Assembly: GCA_963775685.1 (NCBI GenBank)
Contig: CAVZJV010000014.1
Location: 2,272,001-2,336,000, forward strand
Reading direction: 5' to 3'
Origin: Candidatus Bathyarchaeota archaeon
GTDB taxonomy: Archaea > Thermoproteota > Bathyarchaeia > Bathyarchaeales > Bathycorpusculaceae
Length of the DNA: 64,000 nt
The notes beneath the pieces are model-generated. The model was given only the letters and a program-made list of their open reading frames with translations. It was not told the DNA's origin and made no database searches. The position numbers and the translations under genes were made by a program. Each line of letters opens with the position of its first letter. Position 1 is the first letter of the stretch. This document shows, in pieces, positions 20,697 to 31,810 of the stretch.

Positions 20697-20749
20697 AAAC
20701 AGACAATATTTAAAAAACGCTTGATAATATATCTATTATGCTTGCTTGA

Positions 20750-22021
20750 ATGAAACATGTTTTTGTGATATTTATGTCTGAATCGAAAAGAGTTTTGGTG
20801 ATTGATTGTCAAACTTCAGGCGTCGCCGGTGACATGATTTTAGGTGCGTTAATTGATTTGGGAGCAGACATTAAAAAGGTAACGTCTGCTATAAAATCTT
20901 TGGAAAACCCAGATTTTGGCTACGAAAACGTCAATATTAACCTTAAAGAGGTCATGCGAGGCGGGTTTAAAGCAACCCAAATCGATGTGACCTCGCAATC
21001 CGTCCATAAAAGTCATGGGAGCGAACTCGTCGATATAGTAGAGAAAGCATCCGGTATTCTTGAGCTTTCATTGAAAGCCAAACAGTTCGCCTCCAAAGTC
21101 ATCCGCACCCTTGTCGGTGCGGAAGCGCAGCTGCACAATACCTCTTTTGATGATGCACATTTGCATGAGGTAGCCATGGTTGATACGGCAGCTGAGATTC
21201 TCGGTGTTGCGGTCGCCCTTGATGATTTAGGCTTGTTTAACGCAAAGATTTACTCGACGCCGCTTGCGGTTGGCGGAGGGAACTTCCAGTTCTCGCACGG
21301 CATCGTCTCCAGCCCTGCTCCTGCAACATTAGCTATTCTTCAATCAAAAAATTTCCCATTCCATGGCGGACCAATCGAAGCGGAGCTGGCGACGCCTACT
21401 GGCGTTTCGATTCTAGTCAACTTAGTGGATGAGGTTGTTCAGTTCTATCCCTCACTTGTGCCCTTGCTGGTCGGTTTCGGAGCAGGAACCAAAGAATTCA
21501 TTGGGATGCCGACGGTTTTGCGACTTATTGCAGGTAACGTGTATAGTAATGGGTTGGTGAAAGATGAAATCGCCATTTTAGAAACAAACGTTGACGACGT
21601 AACTGGCGAAGTCGTGGGATACACCCTTGACAAGCTCCTTGAAGAAGGCGCCAAAGACGTTAGCATAATTCCCATGTATACCAAAAAGAATCGGCCCGGA
21701 CAAATAATCAAGGTTATAGCAGACCAAAAAGATATCCAACACCTCTCCAAAATCCTCATCGATGAAACAGGTACATTGGGAGTTCGAGTCTACTACTGTG
21801 AACGCCACATCATTAACCGCGAATTACACACCGTTGATTTGTTGTTGATGGGCAATAAAGAAACCGTCCGGCTCAAAATAGCCAAGAACCTCCAAGGCGA
21901 AATTATCCATATAAAACCCGAATATGAAGACCTAAAACGGCTGGCGGAAAAAACCAAAAAGCCTCTACGTGAACTCTTGGAGCTTGCAGTTGCCCAAATG
22001 AATGAAAAATTAGGCAATTAG
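20750..22021 (+). CDS. larC: nickel insertase LarC
   Basis: SGVAGDMILGAL, HLHEV, HG..PAPAT, TPTG, ETNVDD, KKNRPG, KPEYED. Confidence 0.93.
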   Translation: MKHVFVIFMSESKRVLVIDCQTSGVAGDMILGALIDLGADIKKVTSAIKSLENPDFGYENVNINLKEVMRGGFKATQIDVTSQSVHKSHGSELVDIVEKASGILELSLKAKQFASKVIRTLVGAEAQLHNTSFDDAHLHEVAMVDTAAEILGVAVALDDLGLFNAKIYSTPLAVGGGNFQFSHGIVSSPAPATLAILQSKNFPFHGGPIEAELATPTGVSILVNLVDEVVQFYPSLVPLLVGFGAGTKEFIGMPTVLRLIAGNVYSNGLVKDEIAILETNVDDVTGEVVGYTLDKLLEEGAKDVSIIPMYTKKNRPGQIIKVIADQKDIQHLSKILIDETGTLGVRVYYCERHIINRELHTVDLLLMGNKETVRLKIAKNLQGEIIHIKPEYEDLKRLAEKTKKPLRELLELAVAQMNEKLGN

Positions 22022-22033
22022 GAGCAGACACCT

Positions 22034-22862
22034 TTGGAACCACTGGGTCGGAAACTTGAAGCACTAAAAAGTTACATCGCCGAAAAGGGACAGGACGGCG
22101 TTGTCATAGCTTTCTCAGGCGGCGTTGACAGCTCAACTTTAGCTGCAGTTAGCCACCTAGTTTTAGACGAATAAAACGATAGCTGTCATCGCAACTTCAC
22201 CAACCTTCACCTCCGAAGAGTTACAGGATGCAAAGCAAATCGCCAAAGACATCGGCATTCAACTCTTCACTCTGCAAACTAACGAGTTAAACAACCCTGA
22301 CTTTATCAAAAACCCTGAGAACCGCTGCTACTTCTGCAAAAAAGAACTTCTCCAAACGCTGGTAAATTTTGCTCATGAACACGGTTTCCGAGCGGTTTTC
22401 GAAGGCACAAACTTTAGCGATCTAAAGGACCACAGACCAGGATTCAAAGCGGTTCAAGAAGCCCCAGACGTTTACAGTCCATGGATGATAAATGGGTTTA
22501 CAAAAGATGAAATCCGCCAAGTTGCAAAACATTTGGCTCTTAGTGTTCATGATAAACCTGCACTGGCGTGCTTAGCGTCGCGCATACCCTTTAATGAAGC
22601 GATCACTGCAGAAAAACTGCAACGCATTGAAAGAGCAGAGCATGAAATCAAGGTAATAGTGCCTGTTAAGCAGCTTAGAGTAAGGGATCACAAAGGTTTA
22701 GCACGTATTGAAATTTTGAAAGCAGAGTGGAATCTTTTCTTCGAGGATGATGTTTCTGATAAGGTCGTGGAGACGCTGATTGGATTAGGTTTTAAGTATG
22801 TTACTTTTGATTTGGAAGGGTTCCGATCTGGGAGCATGCTCAAAACCTTAGAAAACCCATAG
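22034..22862 (+). CDS. larE: sacrificial sulfur transferase LarE (frameshift near 22170)
   Basis: PP-loop AFSGGVDSS, then in the shifted frame RCYFCK, DHRPG, ACLASRIP, QLRVR, GFRSGSM. Confidence 0.88.
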
Positions 22863-23209
22863 CCTAACGGTCTAAGCAATCCATCTACCCCTTATTTAAA
22901 TTAGCAATAGATAGTTTGAGTCACGATTTCCTTAGAATAGACAAAGAAATCAGGGATGCAAGGTTGAGTCTAAACCTCCCGTAACAGTGATTAGTCATTT
23001 AATATTTGCCTTATCCTTTCCTTTTTAAGGGAATACTTTCAAGAATTCAATTAACAACTAATTCAATGTACCTCATGAAGTGTTCTTCAACTCAACAAAT
23101 AACAACTTTACTTTTCAAAAACAAATAATCCTTTGTTGGCATCCCAGGACAACAAACAAAACAAATACAAAAAACTTAAACAATACCGCGTAGATGTATC
23201 GGTGCTGGT

Positions 23210-23331
23210 GCCGGGGTATCCGAGCCAGGTCTAAATAGGCGGCCAGATAATTTGATTGCCTAAGATATGGAGGAGGACTTAAGATCCTCTGGCGCAGGCC
23301 TTCGTGGGTTCAAGTCCCACCCCCGGCACCA
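23210..23331 (+). tRNA. tRNA-Leu(TAA) with 34-nt BHB-type intron in the D-loop (23235-23268)
   Basis: GCCGGGG/CCCCGGC acceptor, GAGGA-CTTAAGA-TCCTC, long variable arm, GTTCAAG, CCA. Intron has a GTCT/AGAT helix, AAA and ATG bulges and a TAGGC/GCCTA stem. Confidence 0.92.
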
Positions 23332-23963
23332 CTATGTTAAAAACTACTGTGGGTTTGTCTTGGCGATAATTCTTAATTGATCCAAAAGGACATTTTTTCC
23401 GCTTGACTTTTTTGTGTTTGGTTAGTCATGTTGTTACTTCCTTTTCCTGAACAGTTTGTGTCTTTCAAAATCGCAGACAAAGTCAAATCCAGCTTCTATT
23501 AGTAGGCAGGCTTCAGCTTCCGTTTTTGCTATCTTTGAGGTGAAATCTATTTGGTCTTGGAATAGTGCTTCTTCGAACTGGATTTAGTGTAGCGTGTTTT
23601 TGATGTTTTTGTGACCTAGAACCTGTAGAGGATGAATCTTTGAGAAGAAAGCATTTGACGGTTTAGTTCTAGGATTTTTCTATTTGAATCGCCCCTTAGA
23701 CTACGTCAAGGAGTCTGTTGGAAAAAAGGGTTGGATTGCGCTTGAGAAAATCTGACGTGTCGTTGAAAGCGACTACGAATTAAGGCAGAAACGTAACGAA
23801 TTTTTAGGTTTTTTGGCGAGAGAACAGTTAGAGAGTGCTAAGACTATCGTAGATTGGATAAAATACCTAAAAGTTGACCAAGCAACAAAGAACTGACAGG
23901 TATCATCGCAGCTTTTCACTAATTGGTAGAAGAAGAAAAACGACTAAATTCCTACAGAAAAGA

Positions 23964-24153
23964 GTTGTTCTTCTTCTTTTCAGGAGAGAAAAATCGATTT
24001 TTCCATAATAACAATTTTTTCCTCTTTCAACTTAAGGCTAAATTTCTTTTGAAAAGTCTCTCAGCTAAATGGTAGAAGAAGTGGTAGAAGAAGAAGCACC
24101 CGTACAACAACCTTCTTCTACTGAAAACGGCTCATTTAAAGAAGAAGAACAAC
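23964..24153. repeat. 190-bp segment bounded by a 16-bp perfect inverted repeat
   Basis: GTTGTTCTTCTTCTTT (23964-23979) and AAAGAAGAAGAACAAC (24138-24153); internal TGGTAGAAGAAG repeats. Confidence 0.5.
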
Positions 24154-24229
24154 AAGCAAAATTTTCATCTGTTGTTGTTCTAGCGATCCCCAATTGCCGG
24201 TCAGATCAGGGCGGCCTTTACACTTTAGG

Positions 24230-24847
24230 CTAAGACTCTTGATAGTCAACTGTTAGCTTACAAACCAACTCATAATGATATGGTCCTGCATCGATTTGTT
24301 TAATGACACAAAAACCGTTCTCGCCAAGAACTCGATTGGCCTCATCTTCCAAGAGGCGTTCTTTAAATGGCGGTCCATGATCAGTTTGGATCTTCTTCCA
24401 GTCTACATCAACAATCGTGGCTGTTGGTTTAGCTATGCGCCTAACTTCTTTAAAGAACACTTTCTTATCCGCTACCTCATGCAAAACGTTAGCGAATAAG
24501 GCAAGGTCAACGGATGCTTTCGGAATTCCAGTATGGCACACATCGCTATTTACTGTTTTTATGATATTTGGGTTCACTTCTGAGTTGGCAATGTTTTCTT
24601 TTAAGCCATTTAGCATTGTCTGGCTGCTATCAACAGCGTATACTATGCCTTTTTCTTCTGTCATCTGAGCCATTGGTATAGTAAAAAAGCCAGGTCCCGA
24701 ACCCAAGTCTACTATAACCATTCCTTTCGTTACCCCTATCTTGTTTAGAAGGGTTTGTGGATTATGCCATTGTTTTCTTTCTTCAGACATTAAGAACTTG
24801 ACAAGGTCAATATGAGGGTCAATATGAGGGTCAATATGAGGGTCCAT
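24230..24847 (-). CDS. class I SAM-dependent methyltransferase
   Basis: VDLGSGPG, YAVD, ANVLHE, DW..HGPP. The N-terminal (DPHI)3 comes from a 12-bp tandem repeat. Confidence 0.85.
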   Translation of the reverse strand: MDPHIDPHIDPHIDLVKFLMSEERKQWHNPQTLLNKIGVTKGMVIVDLGSGPGFFTIPMAQMTEEKGIVYAVDSSQTMLNGLKENIANSEVNPNIIKTVNSDVCHTGIPKASVDLALFANVLHEVADKKVFFKEVRRIAKPTATIVDVDWKKIQTDHGPPFKERLLEDEANRVLGENGFCVIKQIDAGPYHYELVCKLTVDYQES

Positions 24848-24857
24848 TACTAACTCC

Positions 24858-25343
24858 TCAACTTTGCCTCTTTGGGTTCGAGCGTTTTTTGGTTCGCCAC
24901 GTTAAGCCACTATAAATCGTAAACGCTAAAAGAACCACAAAAACCGCTGCCTTGATGACTGTGAAATCTATGATGGCAGAGTAAAGGGCAAATGTTGCTG
25001 GAAATGCCCCTATGTATAGAGTGTAGAATATTGCTGTGGGTAGTTTGTAGTTGTATTTGTAGTCTTTGAAGATGCGTTTGCCAAAGTATAATGCTGCTAA
25101 GCGTCCTGTGCCATGAGTGCATTTTATGCAATTGTAGCATGGACGCAGGCAACCAAGAATGTTTAGCAAACCATAAATTAAGATCAGCGTCACTACAAAA
25201 AATACAATACCGGCAGTTAAATCAAATAGTAGAAAAGCGACTGCGTCAAGAATAATCCATAAGAAAAGCGCGAGGTTGCCGTATATAACTAATTTTTTGG
25301 GGAAGAAGATTGGTCGACCATTTTTTGGTTCTGTCAATGCCAT
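24858..25343 (-). CDS. membrane protein with Cys cluster
   Basis: Four TMs and CLRPCYNCIKC. Confidence 0.7.
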   Translation of the reverse strand: MALTEPKNGRPIFFPKKLVIYGNLALFLWIILDAVAFLLFDLTAGIVFFVVTLILIYGLLNILGCLRPCYNCIKCTHGTGRLAALYFGKRIFKDYKYNYKLPTAIFYTLYIGAFPATFALYSAIIDFTVIKAAVFVVLLAFTIYSGLTWRTKKRSNPKRQS

Positions 25344-25352
25344 AGCCTCTGT

Positions 25353-25763
25353 CTATTGCACAATGTATCGTTTGAATGTTGCTTCTATGTGGGCTTTTGG
25401 ATAAGCGCCGACTATTCGCTCTACTGCTTGACCGCGGTGGAAGATGACGATTGTGGGTATACTCATGATTCCAAAGCTGCTGGGCAGGATTTGGTTTTCG
25501 TCTACGTTCATCTTTCCGAAAGCTACTTTGCCTGCATATTCAGCGGCAAGTTGCTCAATTACTGGTCCGACCATTCGGCAAGGCCCACACCAAGGCGCCC
25601 AGAAATCAACAACTAGTAGCGCATTTGTCTTTACTGTGTTATCGAAGTTGTCATCAGTAATGATGAACGGGTTGTTGTTTTCCTGCTTTCCCTGGTCTGT
25701 TTGGTTTAGCATCGCTTGAATTTTTCTTAGTCTTACTTGCTTTAATTCGCTGTCCTCATACAT
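25353..25763 (-). CDS. trxA: thioredoxin
   Basis: DFWAPWCGPC and SIPT. Confidence 0.95.
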   Translation of the reverse strand: MYEDSELKQVRLRKIQAMLNQTDQGKQENNNPFIITDDNFDNTVKTNALLVVDFWAPWCGPCRMVGPVIEQLAAEYAGKVAFGKMNVDENQILPSSFGIMSIPTIVIFHRGQAVERIVGAYPKAHIEATFKRYIVQ

Positions 25764-25781
25764 TGATGTTCCCTCAAGGCT

Positions 25782-25889
25782 CTACGCTTGTTTTTTTGCG
25801 ACCTCTCTTAGTTTCCAAACGTTGCAGGTGGGAGCGTGATCACACATCTCTTCGGGTATGCCTCTTGGGCATTCAAATTTTTTCTCCAT
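25782..25889 (-). CDS. small Cys-containing peptide (35 aa)
   Basis: MEKKFECPRGIPEEMCDHAPTCNVWKL..., first ORF of the trx operon. Confidence 0.4.
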   Translation of the reverse strand: MEKKFECPRGIPEEMCDHAPTCNVWKLREVAKKQA

Positions 25890-25996
25890 GTTCTCACTTT
25901 CTAAGGGAATGCAATATGGTTACGAACAAATATGTGTTGTGGTATTGACAATACCAAACAATACCATTTATATGCGAGAAAATACATTGTTTATCC

Positions 25997-26380
25997 ATGG
26001 CAAGCATCAATCTGTTAACAAAAAAAGGCGCATCATGCACTGATCTACTAACATGTCTGTATAACTTGAAACCCGCCGACATAGAAGTCCTTCAAGCTGT
26101 CGCAAAAGACGAAAACTCGAGTCTAGACCAAATTGCCGCTAAAGTACAAAAGGACCGAAGCTCGGTTCACCGCTGCTTATCTAAACTTGTTAGCATAAAT
26201 CTGGTCACTAAGCAAACTAAAACCCTGAAGGGTGGCGGATACTACCACATCTATTGCATGCTTGACCCAGTATTGATTAAAAAGCATCCTAGAGAACGTG
26301 TAAAGGAAATAACCGAAAGCTTACAGTTATTAATTGATAACTTTGACTCAGACCTCAAAAAACACTTGACACATATATAG
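25997..26380 (+). CDS. winged-HTH (TrmB-like) regulator
   Basis: LDQIAAKVQKDRSSVHRCLSKL and GGGYYHIY; CxxLLxC at the N-terminus. Confidence 0.8.
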   Translation: MASINLLTKKGASCTDLLTCLYNLKPADIEVLQAVAKDENSSLDQIAAKVQKDRSSVHRCLSKLVSINLVTKQTKTLKGGGYYHIYCMLDPVLIKKHPRERVKEITESLQLLIDNFDSDLKKHLTHI

Positions 26381-26550
26381 TTAGGAGCCCACAATTGGGC
26401 ACGCAGGGGTCAATCCGTAGCGCCATTTTTTCTTCTTTTTGACTTTATACTTCTTTACCATCAGGTTCTGGTAGAGAAGACGCACCCATTCAGCAACCTT
26501 CTCAAACAAAGATTACATCAACTCTAAAGTATACCGGTTGAAAGACTACA

Positions 26551-27616
26551 GTGGAGAAGGTCTATGAAGCGCTTCATAAGATAGGTCTTCCAGCGCTGGA
26601 GCCGACACTTGAGTTCCTTAAGGAACAAAGAACCCAGAAGGATGATGGAGGCATTTTGGGTGCAATCGTAATCCTTAAAGGTATTAAGGACGAAAAAACT
26701 TTCATCGCACTTATTGATTTGTTGCATGATGACGCCGTGGAAAAAGAGTACATAATCCCTGATCTTGTACAATATGGAGATGGCCGAACAGCAGAGCATT
26801 TGAGAACGCTTGTAAGCGATAACGAGGATGAAAGCGAACGACTCGACGTTTTTGAAGCTATACGCGATTTGGCACCAACCGAAACCCAAGCCTACCATGA
26901 TATGATAGCTCCATACTCGGTCAAAGACCTCTCAAAGCTTTCAGCACCAATCCATAGGGCACTGGGAAACCTAACCTTGGCACATAAGCACAATTTGGAA
27001 TTTGAAGGCGACAACGCCAAAGAATTCAATTCAGTAGTCTTTTCGTACCGAATCCAAGAAGCCATGGCTGACTTGCTTCGGGCCGCGTTTGAATTGGGAA
27101 GCTATGAAACCATCCTCCCAAATCATCTAAATAGCTCAGGCGAACTTTTGGAAATCAGAACTAAATGGTATAATTTAAAGCAAGAGAACGTCGAAATCAT
27201 AGAAATGATAAACACCCCTTTCCCAGAAGATTGTTTAAGCCAAGTGACGAAATCATATAATGGCTTGGCTACATCCCGTTATGAATCTGGACCAAAAAAT
27301 TGCTCAGCTGCAAGGCAGAATCCAGCAATGGCTAAAAGAACAAGGCTTCTCAGTCACTGATCGCGATGGAAATCTATGGGCATACAAAGGCGCAAAGGAC
27401 AAACGGCTCGGCGGTTTTTTCTCTTCAGGAAGCGATTATGAAAGCCCCAAAACTTGGGGCCCCCTTGACCTTGCTGTTTGGGGCAACGGATGGACTGAAA
27501 GCAATGCTAACCTGTTTAGCGCTGCCTTCTGGGAGTTCTCAGAAAAGACTATCGCGGAGCTAATTGGCGCAAAAAGGCTTCAAAGCCTAACAATCAATCC
27601 TGCGAGTCAGACTTGA
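26551..27616 (+). CDS. HEAT-like repeat hypothetical protein, frameshifted near 27290
   Basis: Two overlapping ORFs (26551-27360, 27260-27616) with helical repeats. Confidence 0.45.
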
Positions 27617-28192
27617 GCGGTTCCAAGACGATTATCAACTGCTTCGCGTTATATCCGGTATTATTATCCAGATACATTTTATAAGCGCCCATGATGATGT
27701 ATAGGTATAGATGAAGGCATCTTAAGATAGCATGCCAGCGGGTTACAGGGTCTCCAGAGAAGGCAACGTCCGCGTTAAAACGGCAAGCGACGCCCGATAA
27801 AGAATTTGTTATATAAGCAAACCACCCAGGAAAATCCTTATCATAACTGCGGCAGCCTCAATCTGTTTCTGATTCAACTAAGAAACCTCACCAATATGAA
27901 AAAAAGAAAAAGGTTGAATCATCGTTTTTCTGAAAATCGATACCAACACTTTCGGCATAGGTACCGTTGAATTTCCTTTGAACGAGTATATCTTATGTCG
28001 TCTTTGTATGACTTCTGGCTGCTGCGAACTGGATATTTAGCTACTTTTTCTTCAATGTTTCTTCATCTCCTCGTTGCTTTTTAGTCGATTTTTAAAGAAA
28101 ATGGGGTGGTGCGGGTGATATATCTGCTTTGAACGGGGTTCAAATTAAGCCGGGGTCAATTTAGGACTGGGGGTTAAAAAAATTAATTGCAA

Positions 28193-28288
28193 GGGTTTGC
28201 TGAGGCTCTGGACTTTAGGAGAAAGAGCAAATGCAAAAGCTCTTTTACTATGGCTATTTCGTTAATTGTTGCCGGAGCCTTCTCAGCC
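28193..28288. ncRNA. conserved structured element, copy B (oriented with minus-strand paralog 2)
   Basis: Reverse complement GGCTGAGAAGGCTCCGG...AGAGC[TTTTGCATTT]GCTCT...CCAGAGCCTCAGCAAACCC. Confidence 0.6.
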
Positions 28289-28355
28289 CTTGTCTTGTTT
28301 TCCACTGTTTTTTTAAGACTAAAAAAGGGGAGAGATTGTTTTGCTTGATATTTGT

Positions 28356-31283
28356 TTATGGTCGTTTCCTGAGCACTAAGATTATGACAACGCCAATTAC
28401 AGCTACAAAGACAAATAGCCCTGCAATTGCCGGTAGGAAGTATTGATCAGACATAGACGGCGCCAGAGTAGGCGAGGGCGATAAAGTCGGATGCTCCTCC
28501 ATTACATTAAACGCCGCAGTTGCAGATGATGGCCAGTAAGCGTTGGTGCCTGCAAAAGTAGCAATAACATTGTATGTGCCTGAAATGTCTGGTTGCCACA
28601 CTAGATTATATGCGCCAGTGTAGTCGGTTGTTGCTGTTCCAATACTTCTAAAGTTTCCGTTTGCATCAACAACATTTATTGTAACATCAACGCCAATAAA
28701 GTTGCTAGGAAGCGCCTTCTGCTGATAGACATAGCCCATCCAGTCTTTCATGATAGAGTCAGCTGCAACTGGAACACCCGCTGGAAAGTCTGCTGCCTGC
28801 TGGCTCTGCTTTGTACCTGCCGAAATATCCGTCACTGCGCCATGTATCACCACTGCCTGTCCTGAGGCTGCCGATAGGTCTGGAGCTGAAACTGTCATTG
28901 CACTGGGTCCTTTGCCGATGCTGTAGATGTTGTTATCCAAGCCGTTCATGCATGTCAAATAGCCGTCTGCAACAGCCCAAGCACTACCAGGAGTAGACCA
29001 CTCACTGGGATAGCCAGAAAGCTGCCAAATCAACTCGCCAGTAGATGCGTTAAGAGCAGTATATGTAGTGCCCTTGTAGAGTGGATTTGGTATGGTGTGT
29101 TCATTTGTTGCCAAGTAGATTACACCGCCAGCAATCGATTGAATAAACGTTGGATAATGCCCATATGAGAGAGATAGGCCAGCGTTTGTGCTGTTGCCTT
29201 CGCCGCCGTTGCCCCATGTCCACTGCAGTTGGCCTGTTACGATATTGTATGCGTAGCATGTGCCTGAGAATCCGCTGGTGTAGAGGTTGCCGTAAGCTGG
29301 AACACTTAGCATAGTGTTGCCCACACCGTAGTAGTCAAAGTCTGCTTGACGCGGAGTTGTGTATAGGAGGTTGCCATTGTCCAAACTGTAGGCTACCCAA
29401 TTGAGTGTTTCCTCATAGTTAAAGTAGAAGACACGGTTCTGGAAATCGACTCCGACGCTATTTGCGTAGGTGATGTTGCCTTGTACGGGGTCGTATGTTT
29501 TCATCCAAAGTATCGAGCCGACAGCTCCGCGTGAGGCGTTGAGGTTAACAGTGAACATCGTGTAAGGAAGCTGCAAGCCGCCATTGCTATTTCCCTTATA
29601 TCCAACGGGTAGTGAGCCGTTTCTGCAGAGCATCACATCGCCATCAGCTAGCTGCGATCACCGATACAGGATTTGATCCCTTAGGTGGCAATGTTACTTC
29701 TCCTGTTGTTGTGCTGTAGGTTGGTGCTAGGGGCATTGTGTTTAGCCAGGGTAGTGAATAGTTCCAGTCGTATGTTGTTATGCCTTGACCGGCAACACCA
29801 ACTCCGCCGCGTTGCCCTCCAATAGTTGTAATGTTAATCGGAATGTCTGCATTGACTGTCGATTGTGGATACCATAAGAAACTGAGACGGTTGATCCACG
29901 TGGGTGAAGTTGGCCTGTAGCTGAGCCGGAGTATTTGGATTAGATGGAATAGTTGAAATTATTACTCAGGTTGCTTGCGTTAATAACAGATGGGTTAAAG
30001 CTTCCACGGCCAGTGTAGGGGTTGACATCGTACTGCCAGAGTTTGCTAGAGTTCCACTCAGACAAATACCATTGCGGATTATTGTTTGTGCCAGCGTTTC
30101 TTATAACATAACGTATTTGCTCACCAGTTGGACCAGACACCGAGGTGCCTGAAGGAACACCAGTTACGTTAAACAACTGCTCGCCTGTGTATGCATCATA
30201 AGCTCTGCCAAAGTTGGATGTGAACAGTATTGGCGGGAAAGTTCCATGTTGATCACCATTCCAAAGATTGTAGATATAGCCAAATGAAAGCGGTGCCACA
30301 TCGGTGCGAGACCAAAGAACTTGCCCTGTACGAAGATCAACAGCCGTGGTTGGTCCACTGCTGGGACCTGTGAAGGAAATTACTTCGGTGTAGAAGAGAA
30401 TGCCGCTGATTATTATTGGATTGCTGAATCTTGGTTCGTATGAGCTGCCTTCGAAGTATGAGACTCCTTGAACTGCACCGTTGGGGTTAGTGCCGCCCTC
30501 GACAAATGCGTTTCCTCCAACAACTCCTCCAAACTGAAGTGGACGTGTCCACATCACGTGAGAGGTCAAAGGTCCTATGCCGTCGGGCACGTAGAGCCTG
30601 TTGCTGGTATAGCCGCTTAGAACGGGTGATCCTGAACCTAGCCAGTCAGAGGAGACTGTCCACCAGTCTGTGCCTTCGCCGTAAATTGGGTGTGTCCAGT
30701 ACTGTGTTGGAAGCGGAGAGCTGCCTAAGGGCCCAGGTATTGGATCTTGCTGAACAGTAAGAGTTGTAGATGCCGTGCTACCTAAGTAAGAGTCGCCTAT
30801 CAGTATTGAGTTTTCGTAGCCGTTGCCGTTCTCGCCGTAGACTTGTCCTGGGTATGTGAAGTTGAAAGTGTATGTGCCGACTTGGTCTGGAGCGAATCTG
30901 GTAAATTGTGAGGATGTGGTGTCTGTTATGGTGGCAAAGGTTTGTGATGTGGTTGTTCCGTCAGGGGCTGTGATTGTGAGCTGGTAGTTTTTGAATCTGT
31001 AAAAGTTTGCTGTCAATGCTGCACTAGTTGTGGAAGCATTCGTGCCAATGGCGGCAGTAGATCCGCCTGCTACTCCGTAAACGGGGTCAAGCCACATGTA
31101 AACGTGTACTTCTTGACCGACTCCTACGGGGTCAGGTGCTGCAACGATGTATGCATAGGTAGGAATATTCCATCCAGGGGTATGCGCATCAGTATAGGGT
31201 ATTAAAGCTATTGAAGCTGTCATTGAAACTGTTAAAATTGCTGCAATCAAAATAGCTAAGCTTTTGTTTTTTAGATTTAGCAT
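28356..31283 (-). CDS. PQQ-like beta-propeller surface protein (paralog 2), frameshifts at about 29640-29960
   Basis: PDPVGVGQ, LPTQYWTHPI and AVDLRTGQVLW in the 5' ORF; IATFAGT, TM and LRKRP in the 3' ORF. Confidence 0.82.
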
Positions 31284-31521
31284 TTTTTGTTTTCTCCTTT
31301 ATTCTGTAATTAACATATTGGTCCTCGCTTTGCTTAAAAAAGGTTGTAACAAGTACTCACACTGACAAAATTGTTCAGATAATTTAAATTGAATAAATCC
31401 CATAAATCAAATTTGTGGATTGTTTTAGACAAAATGCCAAAGGGTTGCTGGCTTGTAGAACCATCAGAGAGAAAATCCAAAATTTTGGGCCAAAATTAAC
31501 CTTGACCCTGTCGATAATGTT

Positions 31522-31575
31522 TTCAACTGTTGTGAACCCTTAAATATGTTCAACTGTTGTGAACCCTTAAATATG
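31522..31575 (+). repeat. 27-bp perfect tandem duplication containing a TATA-like box
   Basis: ttcaactgttgtgaacccttaaatatg x2. Confidence 0.85.
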
Positions 31576-31615
31576 CCAAGTATATACCATTTATATTCCG
31601 TTAAGGTATTAAATA

Positions 31616-31810
31616 ATGAAAATAACAAAAGAAGTAATCGTATGCTTGATCATCGGTGCAATCTTGGTGTTCTTTGGAACATCAGTCAAGAGTTACATCT
31701 TTGAAGCATTAGCTATTATCATAATAGCTTTCGGTGTCATCTTAGCTGTTTTCTGGGATGACCTCTTCAAGACTAAAAATCGAGACAAACAAGAAAAAAA
31801 GAGGATGTAA
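31616..31810 (+). CDS. small 2-TM membrane protein
   Basis: Abuts the SPFH gene (TAA-ATG). Confidence 0.55.
   Translation: MKITKEVIVCLIIGAILVFFGTSVKSYIFEALAIIIIAFGVILAVFWDDLFKTKNRDKQEKKRM

Noticed and set aside
17274-20724. Long antisense ORFs over the cbi and lar genes, and similar shadow ORFs elsewhere
   Set aside because: They overlap well-supported genes on the opposite strand and have no recognisable motifs.
23900-24200. CRISPR array
   Set aside because: Repeats are short, irregularly spaced and low complexity; no cas genes.
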